Below, in pieces: positions 48,357 through 58,169 of a stretch of 64,000 bases of DNA. The position numbers and the translations under genes are program-made. How positions within the stretch are numbered: position 1 is the stretch's first letter; each line of letters begins with the position of its first letter. The stretch comes from Candidatus Glassbacteria bacterium (GTDB lineage Bacteria; Gemmatimonadota; Glassbacteria; GWA2-58-10), in the NCBI GenBank assembly GCA_019456185.1, contig VRUH01000004.1, forward strand, positions 11,131 to 75,130. The letters are read 5' to 3'. The notes under the pieces were generated by a model. The model searched no databases, had not been told where the DNA came from, and saw only the letters and a program-made list of their open reading frames with translations.

Positions 48357-49238
48357 ATGGCCCGACTCATATCTTATCTCCGTCTATCCGGTTACTTTTG
48401 TCTCACTCTGGCCGTGCTGACCGCAGCCATGGTGATTTCACCGCCGAGCGAAGGGCTGGCAATGGACAATCTCAAAATCGCAATCGCCCAGCCGCGCTGC
48501 ACCGACAGCGACCTGGATGGCAACCTGGCCCGGCTGGGAGCGCTGACGGCCCGGGCAGCCGGCGAGGGAGCCGGAATCGTCTTTTTCCCCGAGACTGTTG
48601 ATCTGGGCTGGGTAAACCCTGACGCCCACAGGCTGGCCGGGCCGGTGCCGGGAGGAGAAGCCGCGGAGGCGGTCTGCGCGATGGCTGCGGAGAACGGGAT
48701 CTGGATCGGGATCGGGCTGAACGAAAAGGACGGCGACAAGCTCCACGACACGGTGGTGCTGGTAAACAGCGAGGGCAAGATCGTGCTTAAGCACCGCAAG
48801 ATCAACCTGCTGGACTGGCTGATGGACCCGCCGTACACCCCGGGCGCTCCGGCCGATATTTCCACGGTCGAAACACCGTTCGGCAGGGTGGGTCTGCTGA
48901 TCTGCGCCGACAGTTTCAAGGAAGAACTGGTGCGGAAACTGGCCGGCCAGAAACCTGACCTGGTCTATATCCCCTACGGTTGGGCGGCAAAACAGCCCGA
49001 CTGGCCGGAACACTCGTTCAGCCTGGTTCAGCGGGTGCAGAAAACCGCCAAAGCGATCGGCGCGCCGGTGATCGGCCCAAATCTGGTGGGCAGGATCAGC
49101 AAAGGCCCGTGGACAGGATATACCTACGAGGGCCTCAGCACCGCCGCCGATGCTTTCGGGATGAGTCTGGTGCAGGGCAAGTGGAACCGGGAGGACCTGA
49201 TTCTGCTCGAGATCGAGCCGGGAAATATCTACAACTGA
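48357..49238 (+). CDS. Secreted carbon-nitrogen hydrolase (nitrilase superfamily)
   Basis: AGGAGG SD before ATG 48357; signal peptide; catalytic E (FPE), K (HRK) and C (LICADS). Confidence 0.75.
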   Translation: MARLISYLRLSGYFCLTLAVLTAAMVISPPSEGLAMDNLKIAIAQPRCTDSDLDGNLARLGALTARAAGEGAGIVFFPETVDLGWVNPDAHRLAGPVPGGEAAEAVCAMAAENGIWIGIGLNEKDGDKLHDTVVLVNSEGKIVLKHRKINLLDWLMDPPYTPGAPADISTVETPFGRVGLLICADSFKEELVRKLAGQKPDLVYIPYGWAAKQPDWPEHSFSLVQRVQKTAKAIGAPVIGPNLVGRISKGPWTGYTYEGLSTAADAFGMSLVQGKWNREDLILLEIEPGNIYN

Positions 49239-49305
49239 CAACACCCGTATCACTCACTGGATGAGAATTCCGCAAGCTTGAGCATTCAAAGGAAGCGAGC
49301 TGAAG

Positions 49306-50916
49306 ATGGCCAGATTTCTTACCGTATTGATCTTTGTTGCCGTTGCCTCCTCCGCCAACGCGGCGGTCGATATCTGGGTGCACCCGTGGCTGGCCCCGAT
49401 GGAGAAGGCGGCTGTGCGGCCCTCGGCGGTCCCGGAGATAATCGCGCTGGCGGTCACTCCCGGCGAGTACGAGCCGGGCGCATTCGCCGTCCGCAGCGAC
49501 AGAAACGCCACCCTAGCAGTCTGGCTCGTTCCCGGACGTGGCCCCGGCGGCATCCCTCCCGACTGGTGCGAGCTGCACGTTGTCGAGAGCCTGGCCGACA
49601 GCACCGAGCCTAATCGACTTTACGCTTTCTCACTGCCGGTTGATGTTGTAAAAGATCAAACGCGCTATTTCTGGCTCACTGTCCGGCCGCCAGCGGGGAC
49701 GCCTGCCGGTACCTACCGGGCGAGTGTGCGGGTTAGCGCTGACGGATTCGAGCAATCGGTAAAGATAGCCTGCACCGTGCTGCCCTTCGAGCTGCGGCCG
49801 GCGAAAGTCGCCAGCGGGGCGTTCATGGCCGGTACCAATCTTCCGGAAAGCTACTACCGCGACATGAAAGAACACGGCCTGGACGCGATCCAGTTTTTCT
49901 GGGGCGGAACGGGCGTGGAGATCAGCAATGTCGATGGCGAAATCGTGCTCGATTTCAGCCGCACGGAGCGGTTCATGCGCCGGGTTGCCGCCGCCGGGCT
50001 GAAAGGGCCGGTCACCTTCAGCCTGGGCAACGACCACAGCCTGCACTACGAGCGAAGGATCGCCGAGGCGTTCGGCTTTGAAGTGATCACGGAGGAGAAA
50101 GTGGGCAACAAGGCCGTGATCGGCCCGCGGGTGACTCCCGAACTGGACAGCCTGTTCGTGGAGGGCCTTCGCCAGATAAGAGACTGGTGGGAGGAGATGG
50201 CCTGGCCCCAGGAGCTGGTAATCCTGATCTACGACGAACCAACCGAGCGCCTGCTGGCCCGCTGCAAACAACGATACGACCTGCTGAAATCGGTCATGCC
50301 GGGAACGAGGGTCTACGGCGTGGTGATGAACCGCAGGACGTGGGCCGAGAGCATGGTCGACCAGTGCGATATCGTGGTCTCGAACGGCGATTTTCTGGGC
50401 TGCCTCGAGGTGACGCAGAACTACGATCTCGGTTACTGGGTCTACAGCTTTCCGCTCAGGGCCGTGCATGTCAGCCGTCACGACATGGGGTTCCTGCCCT
50501 GGCGGGTCCGGGCCGAGGGCGCGTTTTTCTGGATGTACAACTACTGGAATTATGACCCCGACAACTGCGCGGTGTATCGTGATCCGGTCAACCCCGGCCT
50601 GCCGGTGCGCTCAACTCCCTGGGAGGCTATCCGCGAGGGCCACGACGACCTGCGCTACGCGGCTACCGCGGAGTGGCTGATCGGCCGCGCGCCAACCGGG
50701 CTGAAACAGAAAGCGCAGCGCAGGCTGGAGGAAATCAGGATGTCGGTCGTGCCGAACCGCCGCAGGCGGGCCCCGCGCGGCGAGTTCCACGACGAGATGA
50801 GCGTGCTGGCCCACTACAGCGAACCCCAGCGCGTGCGCGAGGAGTTGATACACCTGATAATGGAGTTACTGGGAGAGGGCTATCCGGGTGATAAGGAGAA
50901 AAATTGGGAACTGTAA
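49306..50916 (+). CDS. Secreted hypothetical protein (TIM-barrel glycosidase-like impression; function unknown)
   Basis: Signal peptide MARFLTVLIFVAVASSANA; 536 aa; Trp-rich C-terminal block AFFWMYNYWNYDPDN. Confidence 0.55.
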   Translation: MARFLTVLIFVAVASSANAAVDIWVHPWLAPMEKAAVRPSAVPEIIALAVTPGEYEPGAFAVRSDRNATLAVWLVPGRGPGGIPPDWCELHVVESLADSTEPNRLYAFSLPVDVVKDQTRYFWLTVRPPAGTPAGTYRASVRVSADGFEQSVKIACTVLPFELRPAKVASGAFMAGTNLPESYYRDMKEHGLDAIQFFWGGTGVEISNVDGEIVLDFSRTERFMRRVAAAGLKGPVTFSLGNDHSLHYERRIAEAFGFEVITEEKVGNKAVIGPRVTPELDSLFVEGLRQIRDWWEEMAWPQELVILIYDEPTERLLARCKQRYDLLKSVMPGTRVYGVVMNRRTWAESMVDQCDIVVSNGDFLGCLEVTQNYDLGYWVYSFPLRAVHVSRHDMGFLPWRVRAEGAFFWMYNYWNYDPDNCAVYRDPVNPGLPVRSTPWEAIREGHDDLRYAATAEWLIGRAPTGLKQKAQRRLEEIRMSVVPNRRRRAPRGEFHDEMSVLAHYSEPQRVREELIHLIMELLGEGYPGDKEKNWEL

Positions 50917-52412
50917 ACGGCTCTTACAAGCGACTGATAAAACTTGTCCGCGAAACTGGCATATTGCACTCCGTGGCGGAGTTGCTGGAGTGGGACCAGG
51001 AAGTCTGCATGCCCGCCGGGGGGAATGCCCACCGGGCGGAGCAGATGGCATTGCTGGCCGGGATGGTGCACGAGAAAATCACCGCGCCCGAGATCGGAGA
51101 GCTGCTGGCTGAATGCGAGCAGGCTGGTTTCCCCGCCGGCGGCAGGGAGGAGGCCAATGTCCGCGAAATCGGGCGCAGGTACCGTAAAAAAACCTGCTTG
51201 CCTGTCGAACTGGTCCGTGAACTGGCCCGGGTGACAGCCAACGCCCACCCGGTGTGGGTACAGGCGCGAAGCAGCAGGGATTTCTCCCTGTTCCGTCCCC
51301 ACCTGGAGCGGATTGTGGCCCTCAAGCGCGAACAGGCGGCGGCGGTCGGCTACGAAAGCAGCCCCTACGATCCCCTGCTGGACGATTACGAGCCGGGGGA
51401 AACCGCCGGTCATCTGGCCGGGCTGTTCGACGGCCTGGCGCCGGCACTTGCCTCTCTGCTGTCCGGAATCCGGGAGGCTCCGCGCAAGCCTGACAGCACG
51501 CTGGTCCGCCGCCGTTACCCGGCCGAGGCTCAGCGTAAGCTGGGTATCGAGGTCTCGCGGGCGATCGGGTTCGATTACGAACGCGGCCGGGTGGACACGG
51601 TTGTCCACCCGTTCTGCCTCACGGTCGGTCCCGGCGATGTGCGGATCACCACCCGCTATAACGAGCGGTTCTTCAACGAAGCCTTTTTCGGTTTCATGCA
51701 CGAGACCGGCCACGGCCTCTACGAGCAGGGGCTGGTGGCGGAGGATTTCGGCCTGCCCGCGGGCGAGAGCGTATCGCTGGGGATCCACGAGTCTCAGTCC
51801 AGACTCTGGGAAAACGCGATCGGCCGGGGAAAGCCGTTCTGGAAGTTCTTCTTCCCTAGGCTGGCCGCGGCGTTCCCCGACGCCCTGGCGGGCGTGAGTC
51901 TGGACGACTGGCTGCTGGCGATCAACGAGGTGAAGCCCTCGTTTATCCGGGTCGAGGCCGATGAGATCACCTACAACCTCCATATCATCCTGCGGTTCCA
52001 AATCGAGCGGGCGCTGATCGAGGGCGACCTGGACGTGGCGGACCTGCCGGATGCCTGGAACGGAAAGTTCAGCGAAATGTTCGGGCTGGAGGTCCCCGAC
52101 GACTCCCAGGGCGTGCTGCAGGATGTCCACTGGTCGGCCGGGCTGTTCGGCTATTTCCCCACTTACTGCCTGGGCAACATCTGCGCGGCCCAGTTTTTCG
52201 CGGCCGCCAGGGAACAGATCCCTGGACTGGAGTCCGGCCTGGAAGCGGGTGAGTTCGCGCCGCTGCTGGAATGGCTGCGGGAGAAAATCCACCGCCGGGG
52301 GATGCTCCTGATGCCCCGGGAGCTGGTCCGCGATGTCACCGGCAAGGAGCTTTCGGTGGACTGCCTGCTGAGTTACCTGGCAGAAAAATTCGGCAACCTG
52401 TACGGGATCTGA
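50904..52412 (+). CDS. M32-family metallocarboxypeptidase (carboxypeptidase Taq-like)
   Basis: HETGHGLYEQG (HExxH plus downstream E); HPF motif; DVHWSAGLFGYFPTYCLGN. TTG start with AAGGAGA SD. Confidence 0.85.
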   Translation: MGTVNGSYKRLIKLVRETGILHSVAELLEWDQEVCMPAGGNAHRAEQMALLAGMVHEKITAPEIGELLAECEQAGFPAGGREEANVREIGRRYRKKTCLPVELVRELARVTANAHPVWVQARSSRDFSLFRPHLERIVALKREQAAAVGYESSPYDPLLDDYEPGETAGHLAGLFDGLAPALASLLSGIREAPRKPDSTLVRRRYPAEAQRKLGIEVSRAIGFDYERGRVDTVVHPFCLTVGPGDVRITTRYNERFFNEAFFGFMHETGHGLYEQGLVAEDFGLPAGESVSLGIHESQSRLWENAIGRGKPFWKFFFPRLAAAFPDALAGVSLDDWLLAINEVKPSFIRVEADEITYNLHIILRFQIERALIEGDLDVADLPDAWNGKFSEMFGLEVPDDSQGVLQDVHWSAGLFGYFPTYCLGNICAAQFFAAAREQIPGLESGLEAGEFAPLLEWLREKIHRRGMLLMPRELVRDVTGKELSVDCLLSYLAEKFGNLYGI

Positions 52413-52415
52413 TTT

Positions 52416-53378
52416 ATGACTCCGCCACGTAATCTCCGCTTGATATTTCACCTGGTACTTTTATCCCTGACAGCGCTCGTTTGCGCCACGACGAGCGATA
52501 TGTTGCACCCGGAAATGAGCATCGCGAGCGGCGAATCTGCCGTTGCGGAGCTGGCTGTCTGCGGCTGGGACGAAGTGTTTATCCTGCGGCTCGAGGGGCC
52601 GACCGACAGTATCGGCCGGGTGGTCTGGAGCTGGAATGCCGCCGATGAGCAGGACCTTCCCGATACGATGAAAACCAGGTTCGGTTCAACCGACGACTGC
52701 AAGCCGGTGGACGGCGGCCGGGCGATCCTGGTCACCTCCTCGGGCGATGGGGTAGCGCTGGTGGAGCGGGCCACAAAAAAAGTGCTGTTCTGGGCTTCGG
52801 CGGTCAACGCCCACAGCGCCGACCTTCTGCCCGGAGGTCTGGTGGCTGTGGCCGCCTCGCATGACCCGGACCGGCCCGGAGACAGGCTGGTGCTGTTCGC
52901 GCCCGGTACTCCCGGCCGCGAGATAGCTCACTACGAATTACCCAGCGGGCATGGAGTTGTCTGGGACAGCCGGCGCGAACTGCTTTACGCTCTGGGCTAC
53001 GACCTGGTCCGGGTGTTCAGGCTGAGTGGCGGTTTGACCGGGGAAGGTGCGCTGGAGGAAGTCAGCCGGATCGAGCTGCCGGCCACGGGCGGCCACGAGC
53101 TGTATCCGGTCCCCGGCACGCCGTACCTGAGCGTGAGCACGAGCAGGCAGTGCTGGCTGCTGGACCGGGACACGGAGACGGTTGTTCCCCATCCGGTGCT
53201 GGCGGACCATGCCGGTGTGAAATCGATCGGTGTCAATCCCCGCAGCGGCCAGCTGGCCTGGACCGAGGCCGAGGGCAGCCACTGGTGGGCCACCAGGATC
53301 AGGATGCTCGATCCGCCGAATCTCGTCCGGATGCCCGACCGTCGGCTCTACAAGGTCCGCTGGCTCGAGCAGGAGTGA
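52416..53378 (+). CDS. Secreted hypothetical protein (beta-propeller-like)
   Basis: Signal peptide; no recognised family. Confidence 0.5.
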   Translation: MTPPRNLRLIFHLVLLSLTALVCATTSDMLHPEMSIASGESAVAELAVCGWDEVFILRLEGPTDSIGRVVWSWNAADEQDLPDTMKTRFGSTDDCKPVDGGRAILVTSSGDGVALVERATKKVLFWASAVNAHSADLLPGGLVAVAASHDPDRPGDRLVLFAPGTPGREIAHYELPSGHGVVWDSRRELLYALGYDLVRVFRLSGGLTGEGALEEVSRIELPATGGHELYPVPGTPYLSVSTSRQCWLLDRDTETVVPHPVLADHAGVKSIGVNPRSGQLAWTEAEGSHWWATRIRMLDPPNLVRMPDRRLYKVRWLEQE

Positions 53379-53474
53379 ATTTCAGGCGCCTGCTAGTGTT
53401 GTGTCCCGGAAGTATATGTAGTAACTCGAAGCTCTGGTAATGGTTCGATCAACTCAAGCAGAAATCCCACCTGG

Positions 53475-53523
53475 CCCCCCTTTGGTAAAGGGGGGAAGCG
53501 GCCTCCCCCTTTCGTAAAGGGGG
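53475..53523. repeat. Tandem pair of near-identical hairpins CCCCCC-TTTGGTAAA-GGGGGG and CCCCC-TTTCGTAAA-GGGGG
   Basis: Two 19-21-nt palindromes 9 nt apart, about 100 nt after the plus-strand operon ends. A further hairpin CCCG-gagg-CGGG plus TTTTTGTT lies at 53613-53640. Confidence 0.7.
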
Positions 53524-53726
53524 ATCGAGGGGGATTTATAATTCGTTTTATGTACATTATTTGCAGGACACCACAGTAGTTGCCGTTACAATTCAGCCAC
53601 CCTTATCGGCCCGTCTGCTGATCCCGGAGGCGGGCTTTTTGTTGTCGTGGGACTTGACACGAAACCCGCTGCTGTCGTTTATTGAGAGAGATCGAGCGAT
53701 CAACATTCTCGCACGGGGACACAACG

Positions 53727-55808
53727 ATGATAAGCAGAATTATCGGTACGGCAATGCTGATGTCTCTAACCGTCCCGCCTCTTCCGGCCTTTTCGGCTTT
53801 CAGCATCGAGGACCTGACCGTGCTGGATGCGCCCGCGGACACGATGATGCGGGCATATCTCACGGAAAAAGTCGGCCGCCAGTTCGCCAGGCGCGATTCC
53901 CTGCTGGCCGGTTTCACCACGAAGGCGCAATGGGAGCGGCACGCGGATTATATCAGGGAAAAATTCCGTGAGTGGACCGGGCCGTTCCCCGAACGTTCCC
54001 CCCTGAAAGCCCGAGTCGCCGGAGTATTGCAGCGCGAGGGCTACCGGGTGGAAAAGCTCTGCTTCCAGAGCAGGCCGGGATTCTATGTCAGCGCGAGTCT
54101 TTACGTGCCGGCCGCCGGCAGCGGACCATTCCCCGCCGTGCTCTATGCAGTCGGCCACTCTATCGCCGGCAAGGCGGCCGCCTATGTCCAGCCCTACTGT
54201 ATCGCCCAGGCCCGTAAAGGGTTTGTCGTGATGGTGATTGACGCGGTGGGCCAGGGAGAGCGCAGGCAGGAGGAGTACTTCGTGTTCGGAGGGTCGCCGG
54301 GTTCCGTCCACCAGGCCGTCGGTTTCCAGGCATTCCTGGCCGGAACGCACGTGTTCAACCTGATGGTCTGGGACGCGATCCGTGCGCTGGATTATCTGGA
54401 ATCCCGGCCGGAAGTCGACAGGCACAGGATAGGGATTACGGGGAGCTCGGGCGGCGGAATGATGAGTACCTATATCCTGCCGTTCGAGAACCGGATCGCC
54501 GCGGCTGTTCCGGCCTGCAATCCCAATACCTGGCTGGCCCGCGTAAAGGCCGGCCTGGCGACCGACCACGAGCAGGTATTCTTCGGCGCGTTCTCCGAGC
54601 TTGTCGACCCCCGCGGCGACCCGCTGCTATGTCTGGCCCCCCGTCCGCTGCTGATCGACGCCACCAGCCGCGACCAGCTCAACCCGCCGATGGGAGTCTG
54701 GGCGCTGGACAGCTGGCTCTACCGCGCCTGGGCCTCGTACGGCTCGCCGGAAAAAATCCATACTTCGATGGTTGACGCCGAGCACGCTTACAACCGCGAT
54801 CAGCGCGAGGCAGCCTACGCCTGGTTTCGGCGCTGGCTGGGGGACGGAGGGCCGGCAGGTTTCAGCGAGGGAGAATTGGAAATCGAGCCGGAAAGTCTGT
54901 TATGGAGCGCTCCGGACGGCAGTGTGTTCGAGCTGCCCGGCAGCCGCGATCCGCACAGCCTGGTCCTGGAGTACTTCCAGCACAACCGCGCCCGCTGGAA
55001 CACCGGGCCGGGCACCCCGGAATTCAACCATCGAGTGCGAGATGCGCTTCGCGAGGTGACCGGGATCGGCCGCAACCCCGCAGCGCCGGCGGTAGAAATA
55101 ATCGCCGCCGGGAGCAGCGATGGCGTTGAGCGGACAAAATTGCTGTTCCGGCCCGAGCCAGGGATTGTCCTGCCCGCGGTGCTGATCGGACCGGTTGAGG
55201 GCGACTGGAAAAAGTTTACGATTTATCTGAATGACCTGGGTAAACAGGGACTCGCGGCGGATTCGCTTGAATACAAAGAGTTCCTCGAAGACGGCGGCAG
55301 CCTGCTGGCGGCGGACTTGCGCGGCCAGGGCGAGACAGCGCCGGGGCTGGAGGGTAAGTTCTGGGATTTCCTGGCCGGTGACCCACCGCCGTCGCAGAAG
55401 ATCCGTGATATCCTTGCGGTCCTGTCCTGGGTCAAGGCCGAGTATCCGGATGTCCCGGTCACTATCCGCGCAGTCGGGACCTCGGGACTGTGGGCTGCGA
55501 TTGCCGCCGTGCTGGACGGCCGGGTCGACGGGCTGTACCTGGCAGAAACTCCGGTGGATTTCGCCGACATGCTGGAGACAAAACTGCCGCGCTACAACGA
55601 AGAGTTGATCCTGCCGGGTATCCTGGCCAGGCTTGACATGCAGCAGGTTTACCAGGCTCTCTGCCCGCTACCGGTTACACTCGATTCACCCCTGCGCGCG
55701 GACCGTCAGCCTGCCGGGCTGGAATTCCTGCGGCAGCGATTCGCGCCGGTCAGCGAGCGGTACGCCAGCGCGGGCAAACCGGATAATTGGGCCGTGAAGG
55801 TTGAGTGA
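53727..55808 (+). CDS. Secreted two-domain alpha/beta hydrolase (paralog of 7703-9778)
   Basis: VYVPAAGSGPFPAVLYAVGHS, ITGSSGGG (GxSxG), second-domain ADLRGQGE. Same length and block order as the 7703-9778 product. Confidence 0.7.
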   Translation: MISRIIGTAMLMSLTVPPLPAFSAFSIEDLTVLDAPADTMMRAYLTEKVGRQFARRDSLLAGFTTKAQWERHADYIREKFREWTGPFPERSPLKARVAGVLQREGYRVEKLCFQSRPGFYVSASLYVPAAGSGPFPAVLYAVGHSIAGKAAAYVQPYCIAQARKGFVVMVIDAVGQGERRQEEYFVFGGSPGSVHQAVGFQAFLAGTHVFNLMVWDAIRALDYLESRPEVDRHRIGITGSSGGGMMSTYILPFENRIAAAVPACNPNTWLARVKAGLATDHEQVFFGAFSELVDPRGDPLLCLAPRPLLIDATSRDQLNPPMGVWALDSWLYRAWASYGSPEKIHTSMVDAEHAYNRDQREAAYAWFRRWLGDGGPAGFSEGELEIEPESLLWSAPDGSVFELPGSRDPHSLVLEYFQHNRARWNTGPGTPEFNHRVRDALREVTGIGRNPAAPAVEIIAAGSSDGVERTKLLFRPEPGIVLPAVLIGPVEGDWKKFTIYLNDLGKQGLAADSLEYKEFLEDGGSLLAADLRGQGETAPGLEGKFWDFLAGDPPPSQKIRDILAVLSWVKAEYPDVPVTIRAVGTSGLWAAIAAVLDGRVDGLYLAETPVDFADMLETKLPRYNEELILPGILARLDMQQVYQALCPLPVTLDSPLRADRQPAGLEFLRQRFAPVSERYASAGKPDNWAVKVE

Positions 55809-55815
55809 GTGTTCA

Positions 55816-56748
55816 ATGCCGCATAAAATTTTGAGTTTCGGCGAAATTCTCTGGGACCTGCTGCCTGACGGGCCGGTGCTGGGCGGCGCGCCGTTCAATC
55901 TGGCCTACAGACTGGCCGAGTTGGGAGAGCACGCGCTGATCGCCAGCAGGGTGGGTGATGACGACCTGGGCAGCAGCGCGTTGATCGCCGCGCAAAAGCT
56001 TGGAGTGGACACTTCGCTGGTGCAATCCGACCCGGACCGTCCCACCGGAACGGTGGAAGTAAAACTTAGCGGCGGCGAGCCGGAGTTCCGGATCGTTTCC
56101 GGGGTGGCCTTCGACTGGATCGAACTGACCGCCGGCCTCGACGACGCCGCGGCGGGTGCGGACTGTATCTGTTTCGGCAGCCTGTCCCAGCGCGCGGAGA
56201 TATCGCGAAAGACGATCCAGACCTTGCTGTATTGCCACCTGAAAGTACTTACGTTCTGCGACATTAACCTTCGCCGGGACTGCTACAGCGCGGACACTGT
56301 GGAGGACTCGCTGCTGCGGGCCGATATTTTCAAGCTGAACGAAACGGAAGTACCCGAGGTCTCCGCGATCCTGTTCGATGAGCAACTGTCCCCTCAAACT
56401 TTTGCCCGGCAGGTGCTGGAGCAGTTCAACCCCAGAACCGTGCTGGTGACTCTGGGCGAAAGGGGAGTATTGGCTGTGACCGGGAACACAGATCCTGTAT
56501 ATGTTCCGGGATACAGGGTGCAGGTAGTGGATACGGTTGGCAGCGGCGATGCATTCAGCGCGGGGTTCCTGCACCGCTTCTTGGCCGGCGATACCCTGGC
56601 CGGGTCCTGCGATTTCGGCTGCAGGCTGGGTGCGCTGGTATCTGCCCGCAAGGGAGGGACCGCCGCGGTGGAGCAACAGGCGCTGGAGAGTTTCGGGAAA
56701 GAGGAAGAAAAAATAGCGGATCCCAGGTTCCGCGAATACGGGGTATAA
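55816..56748 (+). CDS. PfkB-family carbohydrate kinase (2-dehydro-3-deoxygluconokinase / fructokinase-like)
   Basis: N-terminal GEILWD...GGAPFN and C-terminal DTVGSGDAFSAGFL PfkB signatures. ATG 55816 chosen; the track start is TTG 55801. Confidence 0.8.
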   Translation: MPHKILSFGEILWDLLPDGPVLGGAPFNLAYRLAELGEHALIASRVGDDDLGSSALIAAQKLGVDTSLVQSDPDRPTGTVEVKLSGGEPEFRIVSGVAFDWIELTAGLDDAAAGADCICFGSLSQRAEISRKTIQTLLYCHLKVLTFCDINLRRDCYSADTVEDSLLRADIFKLNETEVPEVSAILFDEQLSPQTFARQVLEQFNPRTVLVTLGERGVLAVTGNTDPVYVPGYRVQVVDTVGSGDAFSAGFLHRFLAGDTLAGSCDFGCRLGALVSARKGGTAAVEQQALESFGKEEEKIADPRFREYGV

Positions 56749-56750
56749 AA

Positions 56751-56780
56751 AAAGGGCCGCTGTCAGCGGCCCTTTCTCTT
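56751..56780. terminator. Bidirectional intrinsic terminator AAAGGGCCGC-tgtca-GCGGCCCTTTCTCTT
   Basis: 7-bp GC stem with an upstream A-tract and downstream T-tract, between convergent genes. Confidence 0.75.
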
Positions 56781-56857
56781 GAATCGGATAACCGGGCGGC
56801 CGCCGAGGTCCACTGTATCTGCTATGGAACACTGTGCCAGGCCTGATCGGCCTGGGC

Positions 56858-58054
56858 CTACTCCAGGAGCAGGAGATAGACATTGCAGTCGCCGCCGGAA
56901 TCGGAGGTAAAGGTTATCATCTTATCGTCCGGGCTGAACCGCGGGTGCGGATGGGCTATCTGCCTGCTGAACTTGCCGCCGTGCCGGAATATTTTACGGG
57001 GCTTGAGGTTGATTCCATCGCGCTTGTAGATAGTCAGGTAGGGCTTCTCGGCGGTGCCGTCCCCGACGATCAGCTTGCTGTCCGATGAGCCGTGGTTGTG
57101 GAACTGTGAGTCCTTTGTCGGTATCTCGAGACGGGCGCCGGTGTTGATATCTATTATCCCGATGAATTCTCCCCGCTTGTCGGTCCCGTGATAGCCTACT
57201 CGAACTCCGTCCCCGAACCAGTACTCGTGACCGATACTTACCTGGGGTACTTCCTCTACACGCAGCTTCCTTTTTCCGCTGCCATCGGTCCTGATAAGCC
57301 ACATCCGCTGGGCCACGTTTTTCCAGGGACCCTCGTGACAGAAAAGGACCAGTTCCGGGTCGGTAGGGGAGGTCTGTACATGGGTAAACCATGCGTTCTC
57401 GCGAAAGAATTCCGTGCTTTCCGACCCATCTGTCGCCACCCTGACCAGGATACTCAACGGCTTTGCCGCCCAGTGCTCCTTCTGAGAGGAGTAAATGACT
57501 TTAGTTTGAGTCTTAAGCTCAAGTTCCTGGGAATAGCCGAAAACGAGGTTCTTCTCATCGGAGGTGATCGAGAGGATGGTATTGCCGGTAAAACCATCCG
57601 GGATGGTGAAAAGCTCCTTTTCCTGGAAGTTGCTGGTATTTACGGACTTGACCACCCGGCCATCGATGAAATAGACCTCTCCCCTGCCAGGGGCGAAACA
57701 CGGGGTGTGCACCTTAAGGTCCTGGCAATCGGTCAACTGGGTAAATTTTCCGGTTTCCAGATCGCCGTAAAAAATATTCCAGCTTCCGGACCTGTCCGAA
57801 TTGAAAACTATTTTTCGGCAATCGTTGGACAGGTCGTTGTTGGTGAAATAGAGATGGTGGTCCTCGGAGGCAGCCGTGGTAAACTGGACCACGGTCAGGC
57901 CTGACTCGGGGGAGATGATCCGTTTCATTTCCGATGGGTAGACTTTACCCTTGCCCGCGCCCAGGGCGGTGGCGACTGAGATCACGGTGAAAAAAAACAG
58001 GGTCCCGGCGGCATTTGGGATTTTTATGACAGTGCGCACGCCTGTTTCAGCCAT
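56858..58054 (-). CDS. Oligogalacturonide-lyase-like (PL22-type) / TolB-like beta-propeller protein, secreted
   Basis: GGAGG SD; signal peptide; propeller repeats; C-terminal HPHPRFSPDDKMITFTSD resembles the Ogl-family tail. Confidence 0.5.
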   Translation of the reverse strand: MAETGVRTVIKIPNAAGTLFFFTVISVATALGAGKGKVYPSEMKRIISPESGLTVVQFTTAASEDHHLYFTNNDLSNDCRKIVFNSDRSGSWNIFYGDLETGKFTQLTDCQDLKVHTPCFAPGRGEVYFIDGRVVKSVNTSNFQEKELFTIPDGFTGNTILSITSDEKNLVFGYSQELELKTQTKVIYSSQKEHWAAKPLSILVRVATDGSESTEFFRENAWFTHVQTSPTDPELVLFCHEGPWKNVAQRMWLIRTDGSGKRKLRVEEVPQVSIGHEYWFGDGVRVGYHGTDKRGEFIGIIDINTGARLEIPTKDSQFHNHGSSDSKLIVGDGTAEKPYLTIYKRDGINLKPRKIFRHGGKFSRQIAHPHPRFSPDDKMITFTSDSGGDCNVYLLLLE

Positions 58055-58169
58055 GAGATACCTCCGTTACATCTTGGAGTTCAGAGTACAGAAAACAAGA
58101 GTCTGCCCCGATAGGGGGCAGACTCTTGTACGTCCCCTTTGCATGGTATCATTCTGTTCCGTGTTGCAA

